Assembly (NCBI GenBank): GCA_964016885.1
Contig: OZ024758.1
Span: 14,322,001 to 14,386,000 of the forward strand
DNA: 64,000 nucleotides
Direction of reading: 5' to 3'
DNA from: Eledone cirrhosa
Taxonomy: Eukaryota
Shown: in pieces, positions 1-12,404 of the stretch
How positions within the stretch are numbered: position 1 is the first letter of the stretch
Layout of the letters: every line of letters starts with the position of its first letter
The notes under the pieces: model-generated
Seen by the model: the letters and a program-made list of their open reading frames with translations, nothing else
What the model was told of the DNA's origin: nothing
Databases searched by the model: none
Program-made: the position numbers and the translations under genes

Positions 1-834
1 TACCTCTACTGTGGCTTGCTTCCACTAGCATTTCCTGGCACTTCTTCATTCATCAATCACCATCCGTGCACATCACGTCCATACCAACGCAGTCTTTTCT
101 CCTGCACACCACCTCGGATTCCTCTTAACCATTTAATGTTCAAACCGGCCAAAATTTTCTACCTCTTTCTGTTAAAACTGGCCACTCATACTGATGTTAA
201 GATATTGTTCTCAAAATAAATACTTTCAAAATCTCATAGATTCGATATTATGTGAGATAATTATGTGAAGTAAAGCCATTACCATGAAAATATAATAGTA
301 TATATAGAGTAATGTGAATGCTAAAGGGCTAAACCCACTTTTTCTTCCTCAGTTTGTCTAAGCTCTGCCTTTCTCTCACATTTACATTGTATATCCAACA
401 AAGCATAGTTGCTTCATTTCCCTCCAGTTTAACAAAGAACTTAAATATATAACAACATTAATGTTCCATGTGGGTTTAGCTGGTCTCCTATGAGGTTTCT
501 TAGGTATTTTGATAGTAGGAGCCCTTAATCCTATCATGAAAAGACTCCACTTTAACTGAACACCTGCTTGTTGCAAGAGTTAACCCCACCTCCCAGCTGC
601 TGCTTCTATTCTTTCTTTTTTTTTCATCTGAGTGAACTGGAACAAGAAATGAAGCATCTTGCTCAAGTGCACAATGTGTTGCCTGATCTAGGAATCAAAC
701 CCATGACCCTGTGATTCTGACATCAACAACCTAACCACCAGGCCTTCACAACAACATTAGTGAAAGGTAGATGACTAATGCAGATTTTTTTTCACAGTAG
801 GAGGAGTGGTAGATAGACAAAGAAACATACTTAC

Positions 835-948
835 ACAGTGTGGGAATTTATGAGGTAAATATACAGCACAATCCTGCTTCCTGTTACAAAACTCTGGCAC
901 ATCAGTGAGAGAAACACCATTTCCATCATCCCAAATGTACATAGCAAG
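835..948 (-). CDS. B3GLCT: B3GLCT coding exon 8
   Basis: tttcag| [38 protein letters not shown] |gtaagt. Confidence 0.95.
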
Positions 949-3900
949 CTGAAAATATATTAAAATAGTATAGTTATATACGGCATACGTCAAAACGGCC
1001 GGTCTCAAAAGTGAAACTAATGTTTGACAGTTACGTACACGTTATAAAAGTTATTTAAATTTATATATATAAAATAAAGGAGCAAATAAGAGCATGATAT
1101 GAAGTCAGTCATGTGTGTGTGTAAACGAATGTAAAAGAATATATGTAGGGCATAGATAAGGTTTCCTAGAATTTTACACACACACACGTGTATATATTAT
1201 AGTGTGTATGTGTGCATATATAAGTGTATATGTGTGTACTTTTACATTCGTTTACACACACACACACACACATGACTGACTTCATATCATGCTCTTATTT
1301 GCTCCTTTATTTTATATATATAAATTTAAATAACTCTTATAACGTGTACGTAACTGTCAAAAATTAGTTTCACTTTTGAGACCGGCCGTTTTGACGTATG
1401 CCGTTATATACCATCATCATCATCATCATCATTTAACGTCTAACTTCCACGCTAGCATGGGTTAGACAGGTTTGTCCCATTTGAGGCAAATTGGGTCGCG
1501 TGGCCGTGTCTCGCTCATATAGGACTGTTTCTGGCTGGATGCCCTTCTTAACACCAACCACTTTACAGAGTGTGTTGGGTGCTTTTTGCCGTGACTCCTA
1601 CACAACCACTTTTCAGAGTAAGAGTGGTGTGGGTGGAAGTGGAAGGGAGGTGTAGGGGTGTATTGGATTAAGAGGTGCCTATTGGGTATAAGTTTAAGTC
1701 GTATGCAAGGGAAGGCAGGTCTTATATATCATCATCGTTTAACGTCCATGTTCCACGCTTGCATGGGTTTGGATATATATATATACACACACACGGGTTT
1801 GGATATATATATATATACACACACACATGGGTTTAGATATATATATACACACACACATATGTATATCATTATTGTTAAATATAATATTATTATATATACT
1901 TGGTGGATTGGTAGTATCAGTTCAGTAGAGCATCAGGAAACATGCTTTGCAGCACTGAGTTATAACCCTTTATATTCTGAGTTTTAATCCCACCGAGGTT
2001 ACCTTTGCCTTTCATCTTTACAAGGGTCGACAATATAAAGTACCAGTAATGCACTGGGGTTGATTTAATTGATTTTTCCCTCCCCCAAAATTGCTGGCCT
2101 TGTGCCTAAAGTAGAAACAATTATTAAGCTGGTATTTAAAATAATTTATCAAAGATTCTTAAATAAAATTATGTTGGAATTTTTTTAGATAAATATAAAT
2201 GCCAGTAGAAGGAAGACGCAGTAGAGGAAGACCACGAAAAACATGGGTGGAGGTGGTGAGAGCAGACCTCAGATCGTTGAAGCTCACGGAGGAGACGATA
2301 AAGGACCATGACAAGTAGAGAGATGCTGTGCTGAATAGGACCCGTCCCACTTTTACAAGTAGGGAAAAGCAGACATAAAATGAAGATGATGATGAAACAT
2401 TAAAATAAACCGTTTTGCAATATAGAATCAAGAGCAGCTTCAGGCAGTTTGGTAACACAAGGGTTAAACCTGTGGCTTACTGATAAGACATTTTACAATG
2501 TCTTATCAGTAAGCTACAGTTGTATGGAACCTCTCCAGTCAGAAGAATCTGTTGAAACACATTGAAAATATTGAGAAGAAACAGAAGAAATATTTACCTC
2601 ATGTTTCAAGTCTATGGAAAAGTCTGTTCTCATATTACTTGGTGGCCATCGATGATGTAAACTGAAGAATGGAAAACACAGTGTTTGTTATTTAAGGTGT
2701 TTACAAATATTTCAGGTGATAAACGGCCTTCAAGAACAAATTAAGTTCATGAACTGAAGTTCCACTGTATAGACAGGGAAAAGTATGAAGATATCAACAT
2801 AAAATGGTAAAATTGATACAACTTACCTCTTTACTAAAGGTAAACTTAGTAAGAAGCCAAGTGCTATGTTTGGGTAAGAGAACTGACTTGGGTTTTCAGC
2901 AAAAGCAAAGTGATGTATTATTACAGGTGTTTCATCTTGTAGTGCGTTACCTAGGAATAATGGCTGGAACAGAAGTGGGAGGAAATTATCATTTAACCCT
3001 TTAACATTTACATTATATTTACTATTCTATTTTCACAGTAAAAGCTTTATCTCACATAATTATCTGACATAATGAAGTTTTTTACCTAATGCAGGCCCTA
3101 GGCCATAAAAAAGTTGGATTTTGTTATGTGCATAACACTCCCTGAAACATAAGTAATACACATGTAAAGTTTGAAAAGAATCGGTTGGGTACTTCTCGAG
3201 TTTTAGGGATTCAAACTCACAGACAGACATCCTCAGTTTTATATATATAGATTGTATTTTCACAGTAAAGGCTTTATCTCACATAATTATCTGACATAAT
3301 ATCAAATCTATGAAATTTTAATGTTATTTATTTTGAAAACAATAACTTAACCCTTTAGTATTTAAACCGACCAGAACTCTCTCATCTATTTCTGCTTAAA
3401 CTGGCCACTCATACTGATGTTAAAGTATTGTTCTCAAAATAAATAACATCAAAATCTCATAAATTCGATATTATATGAGATAATTACGTAAGATAAAGCC
3501 TTTACCACAAAAATACAACAGTATATATAGAGTAATGTAAAAGTTACAGGGTGAATGTAGGTATGAGCGGCCAGTTACAGCCAGTTTGAACAGAAATAGG
3601 TGAGAGAGTTTGGGCCAGATGCGGCTGGTTTAAACGCTAGAGGGTTAATGCTTTAGGTTGACCCTAGCATGTGAACTGCCATATTGTATGACAGTGAGGG
3701 CATGGGCTGTTATTGTATGAGCAAGATGAGGTTGCTCCAATACATCTGCTCTCAGACTGTGACAACACATCCAACACATGGCAGCGTGGAGAACAGACCT
3801 ATAATGATGATGATGATGATGTTTATAACCCCCCCCACAGATACACAAATGAAGACTCAAGCTGTTGCAAGATTCACACATATACATACAGAGACCATAT

Positions 3901-6900
3901 GTGCTCTATATCAGGCTATTGTTACCATGGCAGAGCCAGTCTCATCAGATATCTGTGGATATTTAAAACTGAATCAATTGTGCAGCAGAAATCACGGTCT
4001 TTAAAAATAAAATCTGCTGAACAAACACAGTTAAGTCAGTGATGTATGAGACAGTATTGGCGACATCTGAAGGACATTCTCTCAGACTAGCAAGCTTAAT
4101 GTAGTTGATATCCAGTTTCAACTATAATAGGTTGACATCTGCCACGTGGGAAGTAGAGCAGAGGCCTAACTTGGGTATGGCAAGCATGGCATGTGCCATG
4201 GGCTCGCATTCACATGAAGGAGGCGCCACTTGGACTAAGTACATGTTCTATTAAAGTCAAATATGTATATATGTGTGTATGTATGTATATATGTGTGTAT
4301 GCATGTATGTCCGAGAGAGATGACCCCTTAGCCTTTGTCAAGGCAGAATTCTAGGAGAAGGAAAACTCTGATATAACACCTGCAACCCTGATGGTATCCA
4401 ATGATGTTGACTTGTTCTTCTTTTTGGTAAATATCATCTTGGTTAAGAGAGTGGGACTGGCTTTGTGCAGTGCCTTTGCTCACTATAAAAGCTTCACGGC
4501 ACAGGCATTGCTTTATATCTGGAGATCTCTCTGCACTTGTCGTCACATGGTACCATGGGCCCAGCACTATGTGTCAGTAATTGTCACAAGTGTAGTGTTT
4601 GTACCAGAGTTTTCAAGTCGCTGGCTGGACTAAAAAGTCACACTCGTTCAGCGCATCGGTAGGGGTTCTCCTACATGGATATAAAGTAGTGGCCGTACTC
4701 GAAAACGAGTTGGCAGCCACCATGCATGTATGTATATGTGTGTGTGTATGCATGCATGAATATATGTGTGTATGCTTGCATGAATATATGTGTGTATGCA
4801 TGTATGTATATATGTGAGTATGTATGTATGTGTGTGTGTGTATATATGTCAGTTTGAGTAGTTCGAATGTGGCCTGAGTGTTGTGGCTTCTGTTTATAGG
4901 TAGCTAACTGCACCCCTTTTGCATTCAGACCCACTAAACATTGGAGAGTAAAAAAAGAAACTCCTTCAGATATATGATCTGTCTGATTATCATGGGTAAG
5001 AAATACTATGGTGGGTGGATCATTAAACCATTTATATAAATTATTAGGCCCATAGGTAAAAATACAGAGCTGGGCAGGGTGATGTGTTGTTTCCTTGAGC
5101 AAGACACTTTATTTCACATTGCTCCAGTTTACTCAGCTGTAGAAATGAGATGATAGGGACTGGGGTCCCTATCATTCCACTGTAAAGTGGACGTGTAGGC
5201 GCCACGGAAAAAAAAGCACCCAGCACTCACTGTAAATGAGGTTGGTGTTAGGAAGGGCATCCAGCCCTAGAAAATAAGCCAGAATAAGTTCCCGTATGAG
5301 CAAGACAAGGTCAGCCGACCGGACACTGCCCACAACAAGACAACTCGTCTAACCCATGCTAGCGTGGAAGAATGCACGTAAAACGGTGATGATGATGAAG
5401 GGCAGGGGTGAAATTTCACTGCTTTGCCATAGGTGCTATTTTCCGTAGATATGCCTCTGCTGAGGAGAGAAAGATAATACCAGAGGGTGGCACATCTGGA
5501 GGTGGAGCTAGGATGGGGTGTGTAGAGCGAGAAGAATGAAGGTGGAGAGCCATATAAAAAAGACAAGTATGTTTAGTGGGCCTGAATGCAAAAGGGGTGC
5601 AGTTAGCTACCTATAAACAGAAGCCACAACACTCAGGCCACATTCGAACTACTCAAACTGACATATACACATACACATACATACATGCAGGCATACACAC
5701 ATATATACATACATGCATACACACATATATTCATGCAAGCATACACACATATATTCATGCATGCATACACACACACATACATACATGCATACACACATAT
5801 ATACATACACAGACACATATATACATACATACATGCATTTACACACACATATACATACATGCATACACACATATATACATGCATATACACACACACATAC
5901 ATACACACACACATATATACATACATACATACACACATATATACATACATGCATACACACATATATACATACATTCACACACACAAATATATATATACAT
6001 ATACCCACCTACAGTGTATATGTGTATAATGTAAATGTAATGGAGTGAATTAGCAAAATGACACCCACCTTAGATGAATTATATTGCTTCAAAATGTTGA
6101 GCAGTTTAAACAGATTCAGACGAACTTCATCTTCACTGATGAAAACCCAGGCATTTTCAGAAAAATGTTCCACAAAACTACAAAAACAACAAGAGACAGA
6201 GTCAACAAGAGAAGAAGCAAAGTGTATTTTGATAGATAATTGTTTCTACTTTAGGCACAAGGCCAGCAATTACCCAAGTGCATTACTGGTGCTTTATTTT
6301 ATCGACCCTGTAAGGATGAAAGGCAAAATCAACCTTGGCGGGATTTGAACTCAGATCGTAAAGGGACGTAACTATGTATTTTGTTAGATAATTGTTTCTA
6401 CTTTAGGCACAAGGCCAGCAATTACCCAAGTGCATTTCTGGTACTTTATTTTATCGACCCCGTAAGGATGAAAGGCAAAGTCAACCTCGGCGGGATTTGA
6501 ACTCAGATCGTAAAGAGACGTAACTATGCTGGAAAGCATGGCGTCCGACCCTCTACCGATAATAAATGATAGAAACAGCCATGGTCTCCTGGTCTTTATC
6601 AGGAGATGTGTATATACTAAATATGTATGTATTAGAGGTGTATATACTATGCATCCTTTAAAACCTCCATGCTTCCTGAAATTCACCAACACTTCACCTG
6701 ATATCCCGCCTCCATACATGTATATCATGACTCATACACTGTTCACTTTCCTGACATTTGTACATTATTCTATGTACTATACATGCACCTTTGATGAGTT
6801 GTAGTGCACCTGAGCACTGTACACAATAATATTATTATTTATACTAGAGATATGTTAGAGATATGTATATGCTAGAGGTGTATATATGCTAGAGGTGTAT

Positions 6901-9900
6901 ATATGCTAGAGGTGTATATAAACTAGAGGTGTATATAAACTAAAGATGTATATAAACTAAAGATGTATATAAACTAGAGATGTACATACTAGAGATGTAT
7001 ATACTAGAGATGTATATACTAGATGTTTATATACTATAGATATATACACTAGAGATGTATATACTAAAGATGGCAGCTGTGTAAAAAAGTGTCAAGTGCT
7101 TCAAGTGGATGGAACTTGTATAAGAAGGAGACAGGAAAACATAGAAAGAAGTGGAGATCTCAAGAAAGTGAACTTTACGAAGGATATGACAAGGGTCAAA
7201 TGACAAGTGGTACAACAAGTGTGTTGGAGAACCTACACAAGCATAGAAAAGACCTGGATGATGGTAGTGTGTGTTAGAAGTTGAGATGTTAACCCTTTAG
7301 CATTTAAACCAACCGTACCCGGCAAGAATTCTCTCACCCCTTTCTGTTCAAACCGGCTGTAACTGACTGCTCATACTGACATTAAGGTATTGTTCTCAAA
7401 ATAAATATCAAAATCTCGTAGATTTGATATTATGTGAGATAATTATGTGAGGTAGACCCGCCTTAGCTTGCATACAAACTTAAACCTACAGTCAGTAGGC
7501 ACCCCTTAACCCAATATACACCCCACCTCCATCCTCCCATTTCCGTCCACAAAAAGCATGGGCGGAGGTGGTGAGAGCAGACCTCAGATCGCTGAAACTC
7601 ACCGAGGAGATGACGAAGGACCGTGACAAGTGGAGAGATGTTGTGCTGAATAAGACCCGTCCAACCCTTGCATGCAGGGAAAAGCGGATGTAAAATGATG
7701 ATGATGATGATGTAATGTGGTAGTGTAGGTGACATGACAAAAAGCACCCAGGCCACACTGCAAAGTGGTCGTGTAGGAGACACGGTAAAAAGGCTCCCAG
7801 TCCACACTGTAAACGTGGTTGGTGTTAGGAAGGGCATCCAGCCGTATAGAAAACCTGCTAGAAACAGTTCTGTACGAGCGAGACACGGTCACCCGACCAA
7901 TCTCGCCTCAAGTGGGATCAACCCGTCCAACCCATGCTAGCGTGGAAGATGGATGTTAAACGATGATGATGATGATGATGATATATAGAGCAATCATCAT
8001 CATCGTTTAACGTCCATCTTCCACGCTTGCATGGGTTTGGACGGGAATTTTCCCACTTGAGGCAAGATTGGTTGTCTTGCTCGTATAGGACTGTCTGGCG
8101 GGTTTTCTACGGCTGGATGCCCTTCCTAACACCAACCACGTTTACAGTGTGGACTGGGAGGTTTTTACCGTGTTGCCTACACGGCCACATTACAGCGTGG
8201 ACTGTGTGTTTTTTGGTTGTGACACCTACACGACCTCATTTATTTCGGACTGGATGTTGTGGTACCAACATAACTTTACATCGAAAGGGGTGGTGTGGAT
8301 GGGGTGGGGGTAGTGGGACGGAGGTGTATTTTTGTTAAGAGGTGCCTACTGACTGTAGGTTTCGCTTTGTACTTAAGCAAGGCGGGTCTTGTAAATGTTA
8401 AAGGGTTAAATATCTACATTTGGGTTTCAGTCTCTCCCATTTTGCTTCTATCACTATCTCTCTACCATCATACCACACGTGTAATGCAAGATGGTAACAT
8501 ATTGGATCTATCTGTATTTAATCCTCCCACTTCTATCTCCCATTATTAACACCCAGTGCTGGGCTGTACATTAAATGTCTCTAGTTATTTACACTGATTC
8601 CTAGCAATACCACAGATACATTACTGGCAACAGATGGCAGTCATACAAATTCATTAGTCTAAACTTTACATCAAAGTCAATCAGACACAGTTGATTATAT
8701 TGATCTTAGTATTTGATTAGTACTTTATTCAATCAACTTCAAAGGATGAAAGGAAAAATTGATTTCAAAGGAATCTGAACTCAGAATGCAGTGAGTCAGA
8801 ACAAATACCATGGAACATTCTATCCAATCCTCTAATGACACTGCCAACTTGCCAAGTAATAATAGTTTCTTATATAGGCACAAGGCCTGCAATTTTGAGG
8901 GAGGGGAAAGTCGATTAAATCGAAACCAGTGTGTTACTGGTACTTTATTTTATTGACCCCCTAAGGATGAAAGACAAAGCTAACCTTGGCGGGATTTCGA
9001 CTCAGAATGTAAAGGGCCGAAACTAAATACTGCAAAGCATTTTGTCCGACGCTCTAACGATTCTGTCAATCCACCTATAATAATTGTTTCTACTTTTGGC
9101 ACAAGGCCAGCAATTACCCAGTACATTACTGGTACTTTATTTTATCGACCCCGGAAGGATGAAAGGCAAAGTTAACCTCGGCGGGATTTGAACTCAGATC
9201 ATAAAGGGAGGTAACTATACGTCAAAGCATGGCATCCGACCCTCTACCGATACTGCCAATCCACCATAATAATCATCATCATCATCATCATCATTTTACG
9301 TCCACTTTTCCCTGCTTGCAAGGGTGGGACGGGAACTGATTCTGGCTTGATTTCTACAGCTGGATGCCCTTCCTAACACCAACCTCATTTACAGTGAGTG
9401 CTGGGTGCTTTTTTGCCGTGGCACCTCCACGACCACTTTGCAGTGGAATGATATGGACCCCAGTCCCTATCATCTCATTTCTACAGCTGAGTAAACTGGA
9501 GCAATGTGAAATAAAGTGTCTTGCTCAAGGAAACAACACATCACCCGGTCTGAGAATTGAACTCACAACCTTTCGATTGCAAAGCCAATGCTCTAACCAC
9601 TAAGTCATGTGCCTCCAATAATGATAGTAATAATAATAATTGAAATACTCACTCTGATAAAAGAGGAAATATTGTCCATGCACCAGTAAGTGGCCATTTC
9701 TTGTGGGTGAAATATAGTTTAGGTTTCTCCTCCTAAGGAATTAGAAATTGTGAAACAGGAATTAGGCACATACATATCTATTTTATTAACATTCTTTGAA
9801 GTTTAGTCATTTGACACTAGTCAATTAACCATGCAATAATTACCATTAACCCTTTAGCATTTAAACCGACCATATCCGACCAGAATTCTCTCACCTCTCT

Positions 9901-12373
9901 CTGTTCAAACCAGCAGTAACTGGCCGTTCATACTGATGTTAAGGTGTTGTTCTCAAAATAAATAACATCAAAATCTCATAGATTCTATATTATGTGAGAG
10001 AAAGCCTTTACAGTGAAAATACAATAGTAAATATAGAGTAATGTGAATGCTAAGGGGTTAAAAGGTATATGAAAATATAAACTGCCTGAGGTGTATTCAA
10101 TCAGTACCTCCCCATGGCTAATCAACGACAACAATAGGCAACCCCTTTCTCAGTTTAATTACACATACAGAGAGCTCTCTCACTAAGTAAAGACATATTA
10201 TATTTACTATTAAAGACATATTATATTTACTATTAAAGACATATTATATTTACTATTAAAGACATATTATATTTACTATTAAAGACATATTATATTTACT
10301 ATTAAAGACATATATTATATTTACTATTAAAGACATATATTATATTTACTATTAAAGACATATATTATATTTACTATTGTATTTTCACAGTAAAGGTTTT
10401 ATCTTATATAATTATCTCACATAATATTGAATCTATGAGATTTTGATGTTATTTATTTTGAGAACAATACCTGAATGTAAGTATGAGCAGACAGTTACAG
10501 CTGGTTTGAACAGAAAGAGGTGAGAGAGTTCTGGCCGGACATGGCTAGTTTAAATGCTAAAGAGTTAAACACTCAAAATGTTTACCTTTGGAACATCCTT
10601 CAGTTGACTGTAAAATTCCTTTTTAAACTCTTTTGCCCTTTCCAAGTGGAAGGTGCTGTCTTGTGTGAGGATAACAAAAACAATATCTTTTAAGGCTGAA
10701 ATAATAAAAGTATAAGTAATTTAGGAAACTGTTATATTTAGAGAAGGTTATGTTATGTCTTAATATTGCCAGAAAAATATAGTAAAACACACTCACTGTT
10801 TGGTTTGGCTTTCGCTTCATGATAGTAAATCGAATTTATTCTGTTGTTCTTATGTAAAAACAACAGAACAAATTCGCTTCATGTAGGTGTCACGACAAAA
10901 AGCACCAAGTCCACACTGTAAAGTGGTCGTGTAGGCGCCACAACAGAAAGCCCCAAGTCCACACTGTAAAGTGGTCATGTAAGTGTCACGACAAAAAGCA
11001 CCAAGTCCACACTGTAAAGTGGTCGTGTAGGCGCCTGGACAAAAAAGCTCCAAGTCCACACAGTAGAGTGGTCGTGTAGGCGCCTGGACAAAAAAGCTCC
11101 AAGTCCACACAGTAGAGTGGTCATGTAGGCGCCACGACAAAAAGCAGCCATCACCCACTCTAAATGAAGTTGGCGTTAGGAAGGGCATCCAGGTGTAGAA
11201 ATCAAGCCAGAATCGATTCTGTATGAGCAAGACATGGTCACCTGACCCAGCATTGCTCACAACAGGATAACTCATCTAACCCATGCTAGTGTGGAAAAGT
11301 GTTAAATGACAATGATGAAAGGCAAAGTTGACCTAAGTAGGATTTGAACACAAAATCTAAAGAGCCAGAATAAATACAACAAGGTATTTTGTCCAATGCA
11401 CTAATAATTCTGACAATCCACTGCTCTAATGACAGCAACAACAATAATAATAATGATTTCTACTTTAGGCACAAGGCCAGCAATTTTGGGGGGCAGGGGA
11501 AAGTTGATTAAATCAATCCCAGTGCATTACTGGTACTTTATTTTATCGACCCCGTAAGGATGAAAGGCAAAGCCAACCTCGACAGGATTTAAACTCAGAT
11601 CGTAAAGGGGTGTAATTCTGTGCCATAAAGCATGTTGTCCGACACTCTACCGATTCTACTGCCAATCCACCGTCCCAACAATAATGAAAATGGTTTCTTA
11701 TATAGGCACAAGGCCAGCAATTTGTGGGGAAGGGAAAGTCGATTAAAATCGACCCCCAGTACGTTACTGGTACTTTATTTTATCGACTCCATAAGGATGA
11801 AAGGCAAAGTTAACCTCGGGGGGCATTTGGACTCAGAACGTAAAGGGCCATAACTCTATGCTGTAGAGCATAGCGTCTGACGCTCTACCGATACTGTCAA
11901 TCCATCATTTAGTTTATAGGAGTAATAATAATAATTTCTAACTTGAAATACATTAAAAAAAAATAGATTTATTGATGTTAAATGTCACCATTTAGCAGAA
12001 ATATGTCCCAGATTTTGTATACATCACATATGACACAATATATATATACAGTCCACCCATAAAATAAATATATGTTTAAATCAATCACAAGATGACACAT
12101 TACAATATTTCATAATTACAGTCTTTTTTGTGAGACTGAGTGAATAAGCAGTCATGAGTATACTAGTATGTATATATATTTCACCCTGGCTCTTGTTGAT
12201 TGTCATAGCATATGACAGTCTTAATGGAAACTGGGCTCCTTCCAAAGTAAAAGGGATGTTGGGATCACTGGGGGCTAACTTCAGTCTTGGGATCAAAATA
12301 CGCCTGCCCATCAAAGGACCAAAGCTTCGATGGAATGTTGTACCATTGCATAATCCATTCTGGACAAAGCAGA

Positions 12374-12404
<31 letters not shown>

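Noticed and set aside
4328-4633. Conserved 79-80-aa ORFs repeated three times in the window
   Set aside because: They reflect copies of one non-autonomous retroposon; no recognisable protein motif
12081-12314. Cellular PIF1 gene
   Set aside because: Single short fragment bounded by TA repeats with no other exons; best read as Helitron debris
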